Positions 44,831 through 52,073 of a DNA stretch of 52,073 nucleotides are shown here, piece by piece; within the stretch, counting starts at the first letter, position 1; every line of letters starts with the position of its first letter. The stretch is from Bacteroidota bacterium. GTDB taxonomy: Bacteria; Bacteroidota; Bacteroidia; NS11-12g; UBA955. The stretch lies in assembly GCA_005788145.1 (NCBI GenBank), contig SXYY01000121.1:1-52073 (forward strand). The letters are read 5' to 3'. The notes beneath the pieces were generated by a model that saw nothing but the letters and a program-made list of their open reading frames with translations, was not told the DNA's origin and made no database searches. The position numbers and the translations under genes are program-made.

Positions 44831-47422
44831 ATGAATTTACAACAATTTACCATCAAAGCACAGGACACGTTGTCAAAAGCCCAGCAGCTAGCTATCGCAA
44901 ACAAGCACCAAGCGATGGAGCCGACGCACTTGTTGCTGGCCATGATATCGGAGGATGAGGAGACATTGCAATTTATTGCAGGAAAGTTGGGGGCAAATCT
45001 CACACGCATCGAGCAGGCTGCCCAAGCCCAATTGCAATCACTTCCCAAAGTAGAGGGTGGACAGGTATATTTATCACAGGCATTGAACGCGGTGACAGTT
45101 GCTGCGGAAAAGGCGATGACCGAAATGAAGGACGATTTCATCACCAATGAGCACTTTTTGGTGGGCATCCTTGAAGGCAAAGAACATGCGGCCAGTATCA
45201 TGAAGGATGCGGGTATCAAACGCGCTGATTTAATCAAAGCGATTCAAGCTTTGCGTGGCGGAGCAAAAGTGAGTTCTCAAACCGATGAAAACCAATTCAA
45301 TTCACTCAAAAAGTTTGCGCTCAACCTAAACCAAATGGCCCGTGAGGGAAAACTGGACCCCGTCATTGGCAGGGACGAGGAAATCCGTCGAGTGCTGCAA
45401 ATCCTGTCGCGCAGAACCAAGAACAACCCCGTTTTGATCGGTGAACCCGGTGTGGGTAAAACTGCCATTGCTGAGGGTCTTGCCATGCGTATCATTCGTG
45501 GGGATGTGCCAGAGAATTTAAAATCAAAAGTCATTTACAGCCTCGATTTGGGGGCCTTGGTGGCTGGTGCAAAATACAAGGGCGAATTTGAAGAGCGATT
45601 GAAATCGGTGGTGAAAGAAGTAACCGGTGCTGCCGGTGAGGTGGTTCTATTCATTGACGAAATCCACACATTGGTGGGCGCTGGACGCAGTGAGGGGGCC
45701 ATGGATGCTGCCAACATTTTGAAACCCGCTTTGGCTCGTGGCGAATTGCGGGCGATTGGAGCAACAACATTGGCGGAATACCAAAAGTATATCGAAACCG
45801 ACAAAGCCTTGGAACGCCGTTTCCAAAAAGTATTGGTGGAAGAACCCGATACACAGGAGGCCATTTCCATCTTGCGCGGTTTGAAGGAGCGATATGAAGT
45901 ACACCACAAGGTGCGGATTAAAGACGAAGCGATTATCTCTGCCGTTGAAATGAGTCAGCGATACATCAACGATCGATTCCTGCCCGATAAGGCCATTGAC
46001 TTGCTGGATGAAGCCGCGTCTAAGCTGCGATTGGAAATGGACTCAGTTCCGGAAGAACTCGATGAAATGAACCGCAAAATCATGCAGTTGGAAATCGAAC
46101 GAGAGGCCATCAAGCGGGAAAGTGACAACGCGAAGTTGACCAAGTTGAATGAAGAAATCGCCAACTTGAGTGAAAAACGCAATGCACTCAATGCCCAATG
46201 GGAGAATGAGAAAGGCGTTCTATCACAAATCCAACAGAAAAAAGCCGCGATTGAGTCCTTGAAAATCGAAGCCGACCAAGCGGAACGCGACGGCAACTAC
46301 GGACGTGTGGCTGAAATCCGCTACGGCCTGATCAAAAAGAACGAGGAAGACCTCTTTTCGTTGAGTTTGAAATTGGGCGATGCCCGCAGTGGGCAGCTCA
46401 TGGTAAAACAAGAAGTGGATGCGGAGGACATCGCCGAGGTTGTGAGTCGCTGGACAGGCATCCCCGTGAACCGCATGTTACAGAGTGAACGCGAAAAACT
46501 GCTCACCCTTGAACAAGAATTGCACAAGCGTGTGGTGGGACAAGAAGAGGCCATCGCCGCCCTATCCAATGCCATTCGCCGAAGTCGGGCCGGATTGCAA
46601 GACCCCAAAAAACCCATCGGAAGCTTTATTTTCTTGGGAACAACGGGGGTTGGAAAAACTGAGGTCGCCAAAGCACTGGCTGAGTTCTTGTTTAATACCG
46701 ACCAAGCCATGGTGCGGATCGACATGAGCGAATACCAAGAGAAACACACTGTGAGTCGATTGGTGGGTGCCCCTCCAGGTTATGTAGGGTATGATGAGGG
46801 CGGACAATTAACGGAGGCCATTCGTCGCAAGCCGTATAGTGTGGTGTTGTTGGATGAGATTGAGAAAGCGCATCCTGATGTATTCAATATCTTGTTGCAA
46901 GTTTTGGATGACGGTCGATTAACCGACAACAAAGGCAGAACGGCCAATTTTAGGAATACGATCATCATCATGACAAGCAATTTGGGCTCTGAGGTGATCC
47001 GCGAGCGTTTTGAGCACATTGACACGGGGGACCGCGATGCGATTGTTGCCGGTGCCAAAAGCGATGTTTTTGAGTTGCTCAAGCGCAGCATTCGTCCCGA
47101 ATTCTTGAACCGAATCGATGAGGTGGTGATGTTTGAGCCACTGGGCCGCGATGAAATTCATCAGATTGTAGAACTGCAATTAAAGATGGTTGTCGCGCGA
47201 TTGAAAGAAAACGGCATTGAATTAACCATTAGTAGAGATGCCATTGATTGGTTGTCTCAGTTGGGTTACGACCCGCAATTTGGCGCTAGGCCTTTGAAGC
47301 GGGTGATTCAGAAGCGGGTACTGGATGAATTGAGCAAACAAATTCTGATGGGCAAACTTTCAAACCACGGCAAAGTTCACATTGATTTGGCGGGTTCTGA
47401 ATTGATTTTTGAAGGCGTTTGA
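44831..47422 (+). CDS. clpB: ATP-dependent chaperone/disaggregase ClpB
   Basis: 863 aa with a Clp N-domain. There are two AAA+ modules (GEPGVGKTA and GTTGVGKTE) and a long coiled-coil middle domain between them. The C-terminal D2 small domain is present. Confidence 0.97.
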   Translation: MNLQQFTIKAQDTLSKAQQLAIANKHQAMEPTHLLLAMISEDEETLQFIAGKLGANLTRIEQAAQAQLQSLPKVEGGQVYLSQALNAVTVAAEKAMTEMKDDFITNEHFLVGILEGKEHAASIMKDAGIKRADLIKAIQALRGGAKVSSQTDENQFNSLKKFALNLNQMAREGKLDPVIGRDEEIRRVLQILSRRTKNNPVLIGEPGVGKTAIAEGLAMRIIRGDVPENLKSKVIYSLDLGALVAGAKYKGEFEERLKSVVKEVTGAAGEVVLFIDEIHTLVGAGRSEGAMDAANILKPALARGELRAIGATTLAEYQKYIETDKALERRFQKVLVEEPDTQEAISILRGLKERYEVHHKVRIKDEAIISAVEMSQRYINDRFLPDKAIDLLDEAASKLRLEMDSVPEELDEMNRKIMQLEIEREAIKRESDNAKLTKLNEEIANLSEKRNALNAQWENEKGVLSQIQQKKAAIESLKIEADQAERDGNYGRVAEIRYGLIKKNEEDLFSLSLKLGDARSGQLMVKQEVDAEDIAEVVSRWTGIPVNRMLQSEREKLLTLEQELHKRVVGQEEAIAALSNAIRRSRAGLQDPKKPIGSFIFLGTTGVGKTEVAKALAEFLFNTDQAMVRIDMSEYQEKHTVSRLVGAPPGYVGYDEGGQLTEAIRRKPYSVVLLDEIEKAHPDVFNILLQVLDDGRLTDNKGRTANFRNTIIIMTSNLGSEVIRERFEHIDTGDRDAIVAGAKSDVFELLKRSIRPEFLNRIDEVVMFEPLGRDEIHQIVELQLKMVVARLKENGIELTISRDAIDWLSQLGYDPQFGARPLKRVIQKRVLDELSKQILMGKLSNHGKVHIDLAGSELIFEGV

Positions 47423-47496
47423 TAGACCACCCTAGGTAATTGCGGAATTCGCGAACTTTGGCAAACGATTTGCAATGTTCGTTCGTCTTCACAACC

Positions 47497-48462
47497 ATGC
47501 AGCCAATCAGAAATTCCCATCAAATCATACTATCGTTACTCGCGATGATCTTCGCGGCGTTTCCATTGGCTTCAGCACAAACCATACCGGCGCCCAAAAT
47601 CAACCCGGCATTAACCGCAGACGGATTAAAACCCGATACCCTCTACCCTGTTTCTAATTTGGTGAAGGACCGCAGATTTGTGTATCAACTGATTACCCAG
47701 GAGTACATCACCAATGAGAATGACTATTTCTTGGATATCAAATTGGATACGTGCTTTTTGATTTTTACGGCCATGGAAGGAGAGCGCATGTTCAAGATGG
47801 TCTATTCTGCAGATGAATTCGGCGCTAAACCGTGGCCTCGGGCCAATGGACTACAAACCTTGCCGTTTGAAATTCGCTTCACTGATCGAGGCGCAATTGA
47901 GGAGTTGACCAACTGGAAAGTTCACCGTGACGCCATGATGACCTCGTTGTCGGTCCAAGCCCAAAACAAAATCATCACCTCAGAGGAATTCGACCAACAG
48001 CGATTGAAGTTAAACAACGAGAAAATCATGCGCAGGTTGGCCATGGAGGATTTGATGTATCTGTTTGAATTGAGCGATGATTCCATCAGAGAGGATGGGG
48101 AATACATTCGGATCAAACCCGTTCGTTCACCTTTCAGTGGGGAGGACATTTATTTACAGGGAAATTTGATTACGGAACGATTGCCAGGCACCAAAAATTC
48201 GGTCAAATTTTTGACGAAAAATGCCGCAGGGGTGCACGAAAAACCCATCTTATTGGCTGAGTGCAACGAGTACGCTATGGCTGCGAGCGACGGAACGCAA
48301 CCAATTACCGAAATTCAGCGGGTTGGCTTAAACAACGAGGTTGAGTATCAATACAACTTGTTACAAAAGGTCATGTCGCGCGTAATTTTCGCCGATGTCT
48401 TGGCGATCAATTTCCAATCACGAGGGAACATCCGAACCTATTCGTTGTGGGATAGGAAATAG
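47497..48462 (+). CDS. secreted protein of unknown function
   Basis: I trimmed to the ATG at 47497. A signal peptide is present (IILSLLAMIFAAFPLASAQT). I recognise no family. It lies 74 nt downstream of clpB with no visible terminator between them, and a strong terminator follows it. Confidence 0.6.
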   Translation: MQPIRNSHQIILSLLAMIFAAFPLASAQTIPAPKINPALTADGLKPDTLYPVSNLVKDRRFVYQLITQEYITNENDYFLDIKLDTCFLIFTAMEGERMFKMVYSADEFGAKPWPRANGLQTLPFEIRFTDRGAIEELTNWKVHRDAMMTSLSVQAQNKIITSEEFDQQRLKLNNEKIMRRLAMEDLMYLFELSDDSIREDGEYIRIKPVRSPFSGEDIYLQGNLITERLPGTKNSVKFLTKNAAGVHEKPILLAECNEYAMAASDGTQPITEIQRVGLNNEVEYQYNLLQKVMSRVIFADVLAINFQSRGNIRTYSLWDRK

Positions 48463-48466
48463 GCAC

Positions 48467-48497
48467 AAAAAAAGCCCTTCGAACGAAGGGCTTTTTT
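48467..48497. terminator. bidirectional rho-independent terminator between convergent genes
   Basis: The sequence aaaaaaa-gcccttc-gaac-gaagggc-tttttt has an A-tract and a T-tract flanking a 7-bp GC-rich stem. It can serve the + strand gene ending at 48462 and rplT ending at 48517. Confidence 0.8.
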
Positions 48498-48516
48498 ATT
48501 TCAGAATCAGGAGGGA

Positions 48517-48867
48517 TTAACCGTTCATGATTTGATCGAAGATGGCTTTGAAGCCAGCAGGATCGTTCATGGCCAAATCGGCAAGTACTTTACGGTTGAT
48601 TTCCAATGCGCTGGTGTTAAGTTTGCCCATGAATTGGCTGTAGCTAACTCCGTTCAAACGACAAGCGGCATTGATACGAACGATCCACAATGCGCGAAAT
48701 TCGCGTTTTTTCACACGACGATCGCGGTAGGCATAGGTTAAACCTTTTTCTACGGCGTTCTTGGCAACGGTCCAAACGTTTTTACGACGACCAAAGTAAC
48801 CTTTGGCGAGTTTGAGGGTCTTTTTGCGGCGAGCTTTACTCGCAACGTGATTGACTGATCTTGGCAT
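48517..48867 (-). CDS. rplT: 50S ribosomal protein L20
   Basis: The N-terminus is [30 protein letters not shown] and the protein is 116 aa. Confidence 0.96.
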   Translation of the reverse strand: MPRSVNHVASKARRKKTLKLAKGYFGRRKNVWTVAKNAVEKGLTYAYRDRRVKKREFRALWIVRINAACRLNGVSYSQFMGKLNTSALEINRKVLADLAMNDPAGFKAIFDQIMNG

Positions 48868-48944
48868 AGTATTTTAGTTTAATGGCTTGAGCGGCTATCT
48901 ATTGCAATGGCGCTTTTGTGCTCCGGCCAGGTTTGTTTTTGAGT

Positions 48945-49145
48945 TTATTTTCCGAGGCGAAGCATGAATTTCACGTTGCTCATGTTGGTTTCATCCACAA
49001 TGGCATCATGACCCAAGGCGCGCTTGCGCTTGGTTGATTTCTTGGTCAAAATGTGATTTTTGAATGCTTTGGCTCTCTTTACTTTTCCAGAACCGGTTAC
49101 TGTGAACCTTTTCTTGGCGCTGGAATTGGTTTTCATTTTAGGCAT
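48945..49145 (-). CDS. rpmI: 50S ribosomal protein L35
   Basis: The N-terminus is [22 protein letters not shown] and the protein is 66 aa. Confidence 0.95.
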   Translation of the reverse strand: MPKMKTNSSAKKRFTVTGSGKVKRAKAFKNHILTKKSTKRKRALGHDAIVDETNMSNVKFMLRLGK

Positions 49146-49170
49146 ATCCTGAATTCTTAATTTTTCTGTT

Positions 49171-49725
49171 TTATTTTTTCACTTTTGGCGCCAAAATGAT
49201 GGCAACTTTTTTTCCTTCTTCTTTGGGCTCAGACTCCAACTTGGCATATCCTTCGTCGATCAGTACATTGGCGTACCCCATCAACAAATCAATACCACGT
49301 TGCTTATAGATGATGCTACGACCGCGGAAAAACACATACGCACGCACTTTGTGACCTTGCTCCAAGAAATGCTTGGAATGTTTGATTTTGAAATCAACAT
49401 CATGATCATCCGTATTTGGTCCGAATCGAATTTCTTTGATTTCTTGTTTCACCGCATTGGCCTTAATCTCTTTCTGCTTTTTCTTTTGCTCGTACAAGAA
49501 TTTCTTGTAATCCACAATCTTACATACTGGAGGATCGGCATTGGGAGAAATTTCTACCAGGTCGAAACCCAACTCATAAGCCACCTCCAATGCTTTTGCA
49601 GTGGGGTACACATCCACAGGCATATATTCTCCTACCACCCGCACCATGGGGGCAGTAATGAGCTCATTGATCTTGTGGAGAGCTTCCTTTTTGACGAACG
49701 GTCTTCTACTATATCCTGGTTTCAT
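49171..49725 (-). CDS. infC: translation initiation factor IF-3
   Basis: It has [37 protein letters not shown] and the C-domain [13 protein letters not shown]. The ATG start lies inside the thrS 3' end, giving a 17-nt overlap. Confidence 0.93.
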   Translation of the reverse strand: MKPGYSRRPFVKKEALHKINELITAPMVRVVGEYMPVDVYPTAKALEVAYELGFDLVEISPNADPPVCKIVDYKKFLYEQKKKQKEIKANAVKQEIKEIRFGPNTDDHDVDFKIKHSKHFLEQGHKVRAYVFFRGRSIIYKQRGIDLLMGYANVLIDEGYAKLESEPKEEGKKVAIILAPKVKK

Positions 49726-51634
49726 CTATCAATATATCAGCCAATTGCTGAATTCCCATCGCACCCAAATCGAGACCACCGTGCTTCCGAACTGATACTA
49801 ATTGTTCGTTGGCTTCCTTCTCTCCCACAATCAACATGTAGGGGATTTTGGCGATTTCGGCATCACGGATTTTCTTACCCGCTTTCTCGGCCCGAGTGTC
49901 CAAGGAGGCGCGAATATCGTGCTTTTTTAAGAAATTAACAACACTTTCAGCGTATTCTATGTATTTATCACTAATCGGCAACACCACAACTTGCTTGGGT
50001 GCCAACCACGTCGGGAAATTCCCAGCATAATGCTCCAAAAGGAAACCGATGAATCGCTCATGCGTACTCAATGGTGCCCTGTGGATGATGATGGGTCTCT
50101 CCTTCTCGTTTTTCTCGTTGATGAAACTCAAATCAAAACGCTCTGCTTGGGCAAAATCTACTTGGTTTGTGGCCAATGTAAACTCTCTACCAATGGCACT
50201 CCAAACTTGAATGTCGATTTTGGGACCGTAGAAGGCCGCTTCATCTTCGACTTCCACATAGCTCACACCCATGCTTTGCAAAACCTTGCGCACCATGTTC
50301 TCGGTCTTCTCCCAAAGCTCGGGCATGTCGATGTATTTCTGGCCCAACTTCTCTGGGTTGTGTTTGGAGAATCGCATCACATACTTGTCGATACCAAACT
50401 TTTCAAAATATTTCAAATAGAGTGCGTTCACCCCTTTGAATTCTTCCTCAAACTGCTCTTCAGTGCAATAGATGTGGGCATCGTTCATCTGCAAACTGCG
50501 CACGCGCATCAGACCAAATAATTCCCCACTCTGCTCATAACGGTAACAGGTTCCGTATTCTGCGAATCGCAATGGCAATTCCTTGTACGTATGCGGTAGT
50601 GCTTTGAAAATCTTGTGGTGATGGGGACAATTCATGGCCTTCAGATAATATTTCTCTCCATCGATTTCCATTGGAGGAAACATACTGTCTGCGTAGTAAG
50701 GTAAGTGTCCGCTTTTCAAGTACATACTCTCCTTGGCAATGTGTGGTGATTTCACACGCTGATATCCCGCTTCATTCTCGGTTTGCTTCGCGTATGCTTC
50801 CAACGCTTCAATAATGATTCCACCATTGGGCAACCACAACGGCAATCCTGGTCCCACATCGTCATCAAACGTGTAGATTTCCAATTCTTTGCCCAATTTG
50901 CGGTGATCGCGCTTTTTTGCCTCTTCTATTCGCTCTAGGTGTTCATCCAATTCCGATTTCTTCGGAAAAGTTACACCATAGATGCGCGTCAACTGTTTGT
51001 TCTTTTCATTTCCACGCCAGTAGGCTCCGGCGGTGTTTAGCAACTTTACTGCCTTGATGTGGCCGGTATGGGGAATGTGTGGACCGCGACACAAATCGGT
51101 AAAATTGCCTTGTTCATAAAAGGTTATGCTACCATCCTGCAAGTCTTGCAACAATTCCAATTTGTAGGGATCGCCTTTATCTGTAAAATACGCAATGGCA
51201 TCGGCCTTGGACACCTCTTTACGGACAAACGCACTGTTGCTTTTGGCCAGTTCAAGCATCTTTTTTTCCAAAGCATCAAAAGCCTCTGAGGAAAAATGCG
51301 TGTCACCAAAATCAACGTCGTAGTAAAATCCTTGTTCAACAGGCGGGCCAATCGCCAACTTCACGCCGGGAAACATCGCTTCCAACGCTTCAGCCATCAA
51401 ATGTGCACTTGAATGCCAATAGGTTTGCTGTCCTTCTTTGTCCTTCCACGTCAACAACTGCAACGTAACATCTTGATGAATTGGGCGGTTGGCATCCCAA
51501 ACCTCCTTATCGACTTTGGCGGCGAGGACGTTACGGGCCAAACCTTCAGAGATCGACAGGGCCACATCCATGGGCGACGATCCTGATGGGTAGCTTCGAA
51601 CGGCTCCGTCTGGAAAGGTTATGTTAATTTGCAT
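49709..51634 (-). CDS. thrS: threonine--tRNA ligase
   Basis: I trimmed to the ATG at 51634 (MQINITFPDG, TGS domain). The editing-domain motif HSSAHLMA is present. The class II core includes FRLPTE-like LRFAEYGTCYRYEQSGEL and RVRSLQMNDAHIY. An anticodon-binding domain is present. Confidence 0.96.
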   Translation of the reverse strand: MQINITFPDGAVRSYPSGSSPMDVALSISEGLARNVLAAKVDKEVWDANRPIHQDVTLQLLTWKDKEGQQTYWHSSAHLMAEALEAMFPGVKLAIGPPVEQGFYYDVDFGDTHFSSEAFDALEKKMLELAKSNSAFVRKEVSKADAIAYFTDKGDPYKLELLQDLQDGSITFYEQGNFTDLCRGPHIPHTGHIKAVKLLNTAGAYWRGNEKNKQLTRIYGVTFPKKSELDEHLERIEEAKKRDHRKLGKELEIYTFDDDVGPGLPLWLPNGGIIIEALEAYAKQTENEAGYQRVKSPHIAKESMYLKSGHLPYYADSMFPPMEIDGEKYYLKAMNCPHHHKIFKALPHTYKELPLRFAEYGTCYRYEQSGELFGLMRVRSLQMNDAHIYCTEEQFEEEFKGVNALYLKYFEKFGIDKYVMRFSKHNPEKLGQKYIDMPELWEKTENMVRKVLQSMGVSYVEVEDEAAFYGPKIDIQVWSAIGREFTLATNQVDFAQAERFDLSFINEKNEKERPIIIHRAPLSTHERFIGFLLEHYAGNFPTWLAPKQVVVLPISDKYIEYAESVVNFLKKHDIRASLDTRAEKAGKKIRDAEIAKIPYMLIVGEKEANEQLVSVRKHGGLDLGAMGIQQLADILIDETRI

Positions 51635-51658
51635 TGCGATTGATAGTAAACAAGGTGG

Positions 51659-51666
51659 CAAAAATA
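51659..51666 (-). promoter_or_regulatory. candidate -7 box (TATTTTTG), 24 nt upstream of the thrS ATG
   Basis: The minus strand reads TATTTTTG followed by 24 nt and ATG. Only a partial TTTA is found at the -33 position. Confidence 0.4.
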
Positions 51667-51673
51667 CTGAAAG

Positions 51674-51708
51674 GATTTGGGATTTAAAGGGAGAAAGATT
51701 TGGGATTT
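51674..51708 (+). repeat. 12-nt perfect direct repeat GATTTGGGATTT x2 with a 23-nt period
   Basis: The copies are at 51674-51685 and 51697-51708, in the divergent thrS / tRNA-Ser intergenic region. Confidence 0.85.
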
Positions 51709-51732
51709 TTACGAAATTCTTTTGGACGCGAA

Positions 51733-51764
51733 CTTGTAAGAGATAATTCCGACTCCTATATTTG
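51733..51764 (+). promoter_or_regulatory. candidate tRNA-Ser promoter (CTTG-N20-TATATTTG)
   Basis: A -33-like CTTG is at 51733-51736, followed by a 20-nt spacer and TATATTTG at 51757-51764. The box is 10 nt upstream of the mature tRNA 5' end. Confidence 0.5.
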
Positions 51765-51774
51765 CAGCCCCATT

Positions 51775-51861
51775 GGTGAGGTGGGTGAGTGGCTTAAACC
51801 ACCAGTTTGCTAAACTGACGAACGGGAAACTGTTCCGGGGGTTCGAATCCCCCCCTCACCG
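51775..51861 (+). tRNA. tRNA-Ser (anticodon GCT), class II, CCA not encoded
   Basis: I folded the cloverleaf by hand. The acceptor pairs GGTGAGG with CCTCACC. The D-stem is 3 bp with a GG loop. The anticodon loop is TT-GCT-AA. A long variable arm forms (GAACGG-GAAA-CTGTTC). The T-arm is GGGGG-TTCGAAT-CCCCC and the discriminator is G. Confidence 0.9.
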
Positions 51862-51866
51862 CAAAT

Positions 51867-51900
51867 AAAAGGCCTCGTCTGTGACGAGGCCTTTTTGTTT
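51867..51900. terminator. rho-independent terminator after tRNA-Ser (A/T-flanked, potentially bidirectional)
   Basis: The sequence aaaa-ggcctcgtc-tgt-gacgaggcc-tttttgttt forms a 9-bp stem. On the opposite strand it is also followed by TTTTATTT, so it could also terminate the convergent partial gene. Confidence 0.8.
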
Positions 51901-51956
51901 TCAAATAGTTCTGGCGAATTTTATAATACAACCAGATTCAGCTTCTACTCAACTCA

Positions 51957-52073
51957 CTATTTAACAAGAATATAGCGTGTCAAGAAAATACCCTGACCAT
52001 CATCTTGACCCCCATTGCTCTCTACACCGCCGGTCACATGGGCAATTTTCCAACCCTCAGCAAGCAACTGCGT
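51957..52073 (-). CDS. 3' end of a gene running in from the right edge (partial, unknown function)
   Basis: The frame is open from the window edge to the TAG at 51957-51959. It encodes ...TQLLAEGWKIAHVTGGVESNGGQDDGQGIFLTRYILVK. It is too short for the ORF track. The sequence is protein-like and a terminator lies downstream. Confidence 0.3.
   Translation of the reverse strand, partial: TQLLAEGWKIAHVTGGVESNGGQDDGQGIFLTRYILVK

Noticed and set aside
44557-45237. A 226-aa minus-strand ORF spans the GT51 3' end, the intergenic gap and the clpB 5' end.
   Set aside because: The translation is Cys/Ser-rich with no motifs. It overlaps two well-supported genes, so it is a shadow ORF.
51635-51774. Possible riboswitch, T-box or attenuator leaders upstream of thrS, purB (41123..41241) and guaA (10788..10842).
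   Set aside because: The predicted leaders are 0-24 nt once the -7 boxes are taken into account. That is too short for such elements, and no conserved riboswitch cores were recognised.

Overview
This window is a dense, intact chromosomal core segment of a Bacteroidota bacterium. The phylum call rests on four things: the porP-gldK-gldL-gldM-gldN type IX secretion (T9SS) operon, a protease with a T9SS C-terminal sorting domain, recurrent TAnnTTTG -7 promoter boxes, and near-absence of Shine-Dalgarno sequences. I call 44 CDS (one partial at the right edge, a few small or uncertain) and two class-II tRNAs (Leu-CAA, Ser-GCT). Most recognisable content is housekeeping: lon, pfkA, recN, rnhA, cinA, guaA, an RsmB/NOP2-type methyltransferase, yceD-rpmF-plsX-fabH, a sigma-54 response regulator, tsaC, a 2-oxoacid dehydrogenase E2, topA, lipB, lemA plus two TPM genes, uvrA, purB, a GT51 transglycosylase fusion, clpB and thrS-infC-rpmI-rplT. 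Several ORF-track entries begin at non-ATG codons upstream of the likely start, so I trimmed those N-termini. I saw no rRNA, CRISPR array, transposase, integrase, phage gene or obvious defence/toxin gene. I do not find a convincing new multi-gene system here. The best leads are: (1) TAnnTTTG boxes placed 4-10 nt from start codons, including two back-to-back divergent pairs, which predicts leaderless or near-leaderless mRNAs; (2) the 405-nt porP/response-regulator intergenic region, which has a 17-nt direct repeat, a strong C-over-G skew, and flanks an orphan sigma-54 activator with a GSFTSA loop; (3) a GT51 transglycosylase fused to a ~490-aa unknown N-terminal region; (4) unknown secreted or membrane proteins downstream of lon and clpB; (5) a tRNA-Leu ending 4 nt before a hydrolase CDS. 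All functional calls come from reading the translated ORFs by eye; no searches were run.
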